A DNA stretch of 64,000 bases. Source: an uncultured Actinomycetota bacterium. GTDB taxonomy: Bacteria; Actinomycetota; Actinomycetes; Propionibacteriales; Nocardioidaceae. Position 1 is the stretch's first letter. Each line of letters opens with the position of its first letter. Positions 59,976 through 64,000 of this stretch are shown here, in pieces. Below the pieces are notes generated by a model, which made no database searches, was not told the DNA's origin, and worked only from the letters and a program-made list of their open reading frames with translations. Position numbers and translations under genes: made by a program. The stretch covers positions 4,202 to 68,201 of the forward strand of contig CAWHKE010000009.1 in the NCBI GenBank assembly GCA_963829855.1, given 5' to 3'.

Positions 59976-61393
59976 GACCCCGAACGTACCGGGCGGCCGA
60001 GCCGGTCGAGGAACGCGACGAGCAGCGCCTCGCGCATGGCGGGTGACGCGACGTCGAGCATCGCGTTGACCGGGGCCATCCGGTCGGGAAGGGCCAGCCC
60101 GCCGTCGGCCGACTCACCCACCAGGCCGGACGCCGCGAGCAGCCCGTCGAAGTCGGCGTCCGTCAGCGCGGCGGGGTCGAGCGCCTCGATGAAGGCGACC
60201 ACGTCGGGGTCGACGCCCACCGGGCCGGCGGCCACGGCCGCCGCGACCGCCTCGGACAGCGCCACGAGGAACTCCGACGCCGGGGTCGACGCGGACACGG
60301 AGAGATGGAGGGTGGGCGGCCGCCCGGCGTACGACATCTGGGGCTGCACGAACCAGCCCCGCGCCGCCATCTCGTCGCAGACCGTGAACGGGTCGCAGCT
60401 GCCGTCGGTCTGCACGGCCACCAGCGTGGAGTCGGGGGCAGCGATCAGCGACAGCGGCGACGACAGCCCGGCCACGATCGCGTCGGTCGCCGCGAACGCC
60501 TGGCCGGCCAGGGACGCGTAGCCCTCGTCGCCCAGCGTCTGCAGCACCGCCCACGCCCCGGCCAGGGGGCCGCCCGACTTCGTCGACTGCATCGTCGAGT
60601 TGAGCATCGTGTAGCCCGGCCAGTCCGCCCACGCGAAGTACTGCGGCCGCCGCAGCGCGGGCTCGCGGTGCAGCAGCAGCGACGTGCCCTTCGGCGCGTA
60701 GCCGTACTTGTGCAGGTCGACCGAGATCGACGTGACGCCGGGCACCGCGAACGACCAGGGTGGTACGTCGCGCCCGGCCCGCGCGGCGTACGGCAGCACC
60801 CACCCGCCGATGCACGCGTCGACGTGGCAGCGGATGCCGCGCCCGGACGCGGCGGCCGCCAGCGCGGTGATCGGGTCGACGACGCCGTGGGCGTACGAAG
60901 GCGCCGACCCGACGACCAGCACGGTCGAGTCGTCGAGCGCGGCGGTGGTGGCGGCCACGTCGGCCCGGAAGTCCTCGCCGGCCGGCACCACGACGGTCCG
61001 CAACCCGAAGTAGTGGGCGGCCTTGTGGAAGGCCGCGTGCACCGTGTCGGGCACCACGATCGCCGGGTCGCGGACGTCCGGCCGCGCGTCGCGGGCAGCC
61101 TGCACCGCCAGCAGGCACGACTCGGTGCCGCCGGACGTCACCGTGCCGACGGCCGTCGCGGGCGCGTCCAGCAGGTCGCAGGCGAAGCCGACCAGCTCGT
61201 TCTCCATCCTGAGCAGCGAGGGGAAGGCGGTGGGGTCGAGCCCGTTGGCCCCGGCGTACGCCGCCACCGCCGCCCGTCCGACCTCGTCGACCTCGGCGAG
61301 CCCGGAGTCGTAGACGTAGGCGAGGGTGCGCCCGCCGTGGACCGGCAGGTCACCGGCCTGCATCGCCCGCAGCCGCGCCAGCACGTCGTTCAT
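59972..61393 (-). CDS. PLP-dependent decarboxylase/lyase (group II; sphingosine-1-phosphate-lyase / glutamate-decarboxylase-like)
   Basis: [12 protein letters not shown] and [17 protein letters not shown] (PLP lysine) are present. The start is the ATG at 61393 (MNDVLARL), overlapping the MFS stop; the stop overlaps the ung start. Confidence 0.85.
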   Translation of the reverse strand: MNDVLARLRAMQAGDLPVHGGRTLAYVYDSGLAEVDEVGRAAVAAYAGANGLDPTAFPSLLRMENELVGFACDLLDAPATAVGTVTSGGTESCLLAVQAARDARPDVRDPAIVVPDTVHAAFHKAAHYFGLRTVVVPAGEDFRADVAATTAALDDSTVLVVGSAPSYAHGVVDPITALAAAASGRGIRCHVDACIGGWVLPYAARAGRDVPPWSFAVPGVTSISVDLHKYGYAPKGTSLLLHREPALRRPQYFAWADWPGYTMLNSTMQSTKSGGPLAGAWAVLQTLGDEGYASLAGQAFAATDAIVAGLSSPLSLIAAPDSTLVAVQTDGSCDPFTVCDEMAARGWFVQPQMSYAGRPPTLHLSVSASTPASEFLVALSEAVAAAVAAGPVGVDPDVVAFIEALDPAALTDADFDGLLAASGLVGESADGGLALPDRMAPVNAMLDVASPAMREALLVAFLDRLGRPVRSGS

Positions 61394-62721
61394 GCCGCCA
61401 CCTCCTCGTCCACCGTCGTGGCGTCCAGCCGATAGTCGCGCAACCACCACAGGCTCGCCAGCACGAGTGCGGCCGGCAGCAGCGAGAAGCCCAGCACGAT
61501 CGCGGTCACGGCCGAGCCGGGCTGGGCGACGCCGGTCGTCGACGACACGTAGCCGCCGGCCGCGAGCACGAGCGCGAAGACGCCGGGGCCGAGCGCCAGC
61601 CCGAACGTCTCACCCGCGGTCCAGACGCCGGTGTAGACGCCGACCCGGTTGCTGCCGGTCCGCCGGGAGTCGATCGCGGCCGCGTCGGGCAGCATCGCCA
61701 TCGGGAACACCTGCGCGCCGGCGTAGCCGACGCCGACCAGCGCCACGGCCGCGAACACCACCGCGGTGGGTGCCCGGTCGGCGAGCACGGCGAGGGCGGC
61801 GCCCGACGCGAGGACGAGCGACGACGCGACGTACCCCCGCTTCTTGCCGAACCGCTGCCCGACCCGGGCCCAGACCGGCGTCAGCACCAGGGCTGGGCCG
61901 ACGAAGCAGACGAACAGGATCGTCCCGGCGCCCTGCTCGCCCAGCACGTCGGTGGCGAGGTAGTCGACGCCCGCGAGCATGCAGCCGGTCGCGAGTGCCT
62001 GCATGACGAACGTCGTGAGCAGCGCCCGGAAGTCGCGGGCACCGGCGACGATCCGCAGCTGGTCGGCCAGCGAGCCGGCCCCGGGCTGCACCGCGCCGAC
62101 CGGCGCGGACCGGGTGCCGACGTAGGCGCTGACGACGCCGACCAGGATCACCAACGCCATCGCCAGCCCCATCACGCGGTAGCCGTCGCGGCCGCCGACG
62201 GCGTCGCGGATGATCGGCGCGGTCGCGCCCGCGAGCATGATCGTGAACGCCAGGATCACGACCCGCCAGGTCATCAGGCGGGTGCGCTCGTCGTAGGAGT
62301 CGGTGATCTCGGCCGGCATCGCGACGTACGGCACCTGGAAGAACGCGTACGCCGAGGCGGCGAGCAGGAAGCAGACGAGGACCCACAGCGCGTCGAACCC
62401 GCGGGAGCCGAGGTCCGGGCCGGCGAAGATCAGCGCGAACGAGGCCGCCAGCGCCAGCCCTGCCTTGAGCAGCCACGGCCGCCGCGGGCCGCGCGGGTCG
62501 ACGGTCCGGTCGCTGATCCGGCCGGCGATCGGGTTGAGGACGACGTCCCAGGCCTTCGGCGCGAACACGATGACCCCGGCCCAGAGCGCGGCGATCCCGA
62601 GGCTGTCGGTGAGGTAGGGCAGGAGCATCAGGCCGGGTACGGTCCCGAACGCGCCGGTCGCCACCGAGCCCGATCCGTACCCGAAGCGCACGCCCCGGGG
62701 CAGGGTCTCGGTGGCCGGCAT
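61390..62721 (-). CDS. MFS transporter, glycoside-pentoside-hexuronide (MelB-like) type
   Basis: It has 12 TM segments. The N-terminus YGSGSVATGAFGTVPGLMLLPYLTD...NPIAGRISDR is typical of GPH/MFS_2. Confidence 0.82.
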   Translation of the reverse strand: MPATETLPRGVRFGYGSGSVATGAFGTVPGLMLLPYLTDSLGIAALWAGVIVFAPKAWDVVLNPIAGRISDRTVDPRGPRRPWLLKAGLALAASFALIFAGPDLGSRGFDALWVLVCFLLAASAYAFFQVPYVAMPAEITDSYDERTRLMTWRVVILAFTIMLAGATAPIIRDAVGGRDGYRVMGLAMALVILVGVVSAYVGTRSAPVGAVQPGAGSLADQLRIVAGARDFRALLTTFVMQALATGCMLAGVDYLATDVLGEQGAGTILFVCFVGPALVLTPVWARVGQRFGKKRGYVASSLVLASGAALAVLADRAPTAVVFAAVALVGVGYAGAQVFPMAMLPDAAAIDSRRTGSNRVGVYTGVWTAGETFGLALGPGVFALVLAAGGYVSSTTGVAQPGSAVTAIVLGFSLLPAALVLASLWWLRDYRLDATTVDEEVAA

Positions 62722-62772
62722 GGCCGCACCCTAGTGCGCGACGTCGGTCGAGAGGCTCGTGACTGCCGTCGG

Positions 62773-63960
62773 TCAGCGGGCCAGGGAGCGGGAGCCGGCC
62801 GAGCCGTAGCGCCGCTTCGGGTTCGCCCCGATCGTGCCCTGCGATCCCTTGCGCGGCCGTCGTGGTGGCGGCGTCACCGGGCCGTCGTCGCCGGACGTCG
62901 ACCACTGGTCGAGCCACTCGTCGATCACGGTCCACGTGGTTCCGCGGGCGGCACGGCCCGTGAGCATCCCGAGATGGCCGCCGGGGACGATCTCGAACCG
63001 GACCTCCGGAGATCCGCTGAGCATCGGCACGACCGGCCTCACCGCGGCGATCGGCGCGATGCCGTCGGTGGTGCCGCCGAACACCAGCACCGGGACGGCC
63101 ACGTCGGCCAGCCGGATCGTCCGGTCCCCGAGCTCGATCTCTCCCTCGACCAGGGCGTTGCCCTTCACGAACCGGTGGTAGAGCTGCCCGAACGTCCGGC
63201 CGGGATAGGCGATCATGCGGTCGGTGAAGCGGTCGACCGCCTCGACCTGCGCGAGGAAGTCGACGTCGTCGAGGTTCTGGACGAGGGCGATCGGCTTCGT
63301 GACGAGCTTCTGGAACGACGACAGCTGGAACGCCCACTTCACCAGCGGCTTCGGGGCGCCGCCCATCGCCTGGTAGGCACGGGTGATCGCGCCCCGGCCC
63401 TGCGTCACGTTGAGCAGCGGGCGGAGCGGTGCCACGATCGGCACCCGGCTCACGTCCAGCGGCGTGCCGACCGCCGTGACCGACGCGATCGGCAGGTCCG
63501 CGTCGTCGGCTGCCGCCAGCAGCGCGAAGATCCCTCCGAGTGACCAGCCGACCAGGTGCACGGGGCGGCCGCCGGCGTGTGCGGACACCTCCCGCACGGC
63601 GGTCGGTACCACCTCGTCGACCCAGTGCTCCATCCCGAGGTTGCGGTCCTTGAACGACACCTCGCCGTACTCCACGAGGTACGTCGGTCGCCCCGCCCCG
63701 ACGAGGTGCTCGACCAGCGAGCAGCCACGGCGCAGGTCGAAGCAGAGGGCGGGGGCGGCGAGCGGCGTCACCAGCAGCACGGGGTCACCGGTCTCGAGGA
63801 CCTTCGCCGCCGGGCGGTAGTGGTAGACCTCGCGCAGCGTGCCCTCGTCGATCAGGGTGCGCGGCATCGGGCGCAGGTCGGCGAGACCGCCGTACAGCAC
63901 CTTGTGCGCGACGTTGCTGGCTGCGGCGACGACCTGATCGGGCTTCGGGATCAGATCCAT
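62773..63960 (-). CDS. Alpha/beta-fold hydrolase (PHA-synthase-N-like lid)
   Basis: It has the nucleophile elbow HLVGWSLGG. The family is assigned by overall pattern only. Confidence 0.75.
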   Translation of the reverse strand: MDLIPKPDQVVAAASNVAHKVLYGGLADLRPMPRTLIDEGTLREVYHYRPAAKVLETGDPVLLVTPLAAPALCFDLRRGCSLVEHLVGAGRPTYLVEYGEVSFKDRNLGMEHWVDEVVPTAVREVSAHAGGRPVHLVGWSLGGIFALLAAADDADLPIASVTAVGTPLDVSRVPIVAPLRPLLNVTQGRGAITRAYQAMGGAPKPLVKWAFQLSSFQKLVTKPIALVQNLDDVDFLAQVEAVDRFTDRMIAYPGRTFGQLYHRFVKGNALVEGEIELGDRTIRLADVAVPVLVFGGTTDGIAPIAAVRPVVPMLSGSPEVRFEIVPGGHLGMLTGRAARGTTWTVIDEWLDQWSTSGDDGPVTPPPRRPRKGSQGTIGANPKRRYGSAGSRSLAR

Positions 63961-64000
63961 GTCCGCGAAACTACCGTGCGCCTCGACACGGGACGGGCCG

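Noticed and set aside
61610-63337. 575-aa minus-strand ORF, and similar ORFs (43125-44618 plus, 46236-47759 minus, 37387-39219 as a single 610-aa ORF)
   Set aside because: These are alternative frames or antisense strands of genes with clear motifs. The 610-aa ORF is regX3 plus an out-of-frame read-through of senX3, and the real kinase is the 38061-39215 frame.

Overview
This is a high-GC actinobacterial chromosomal window. My hand counts of single 60-nt lines gave 70-78% G+C. It is densely coding, with about 65 supportable genes and one tRNA. I found no rRNA, CRISPR array, transposase or integrase. Three blocks match conserved Mycobacterium neighbourhoods: XRE-hbhA-DUF2516 (Rv0474-0476), mshA/ybjN/senX3-regX3/gpm (Rv0486-0491, rearranged here), and carD...ispF...cysS-rlmB (Rv3583c-3579c, disrupted here). 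The left third (1-23 kb) is a cell-envelope glycan locus. It carries several GT2 glycosyltransferases, an N-acetylhexosamine-type UDP-sugar dehydrogenase, a PAPS-forming cysC-tauE-cysD-cysN operon, rmlA/rmlB, two tandem GDP-mannose dehydratase paralogs, galE and a phosphomannose-isomerase cupin. Inside it is a compositionally atypical island (about 3944-10279; sampled lines 50-63% G+C). The island's main gene encodes a 1,244-aa fusion of GT2, GT2, a basic linker, a TM hairpin, a coiled coil and a methyltransferase. I read this as a candidate self-contained glycan polymerase / chain-length ruler / terminator, and it is the most interesting object in the window. The second notable signal is an unannotated family of about 21-bp repeats with core CGAGTCGTG(CCTGATTCGG). 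The repeats form arrays at three intergenic 3'-end junctions (31.4, 42.3 and 45.2 kb). Two genes (a GT2 and an asparaginase-II homolog) are each broken by a single-nucleotide indel. Regulatory sites I can support are a near-canonical SoxR box, PHO-box-like GTTCAC repeats between senX3 and phoU, and two strong terminator hairpins. Many long ORFs in the track are antisense GC artefacts and were rejected.
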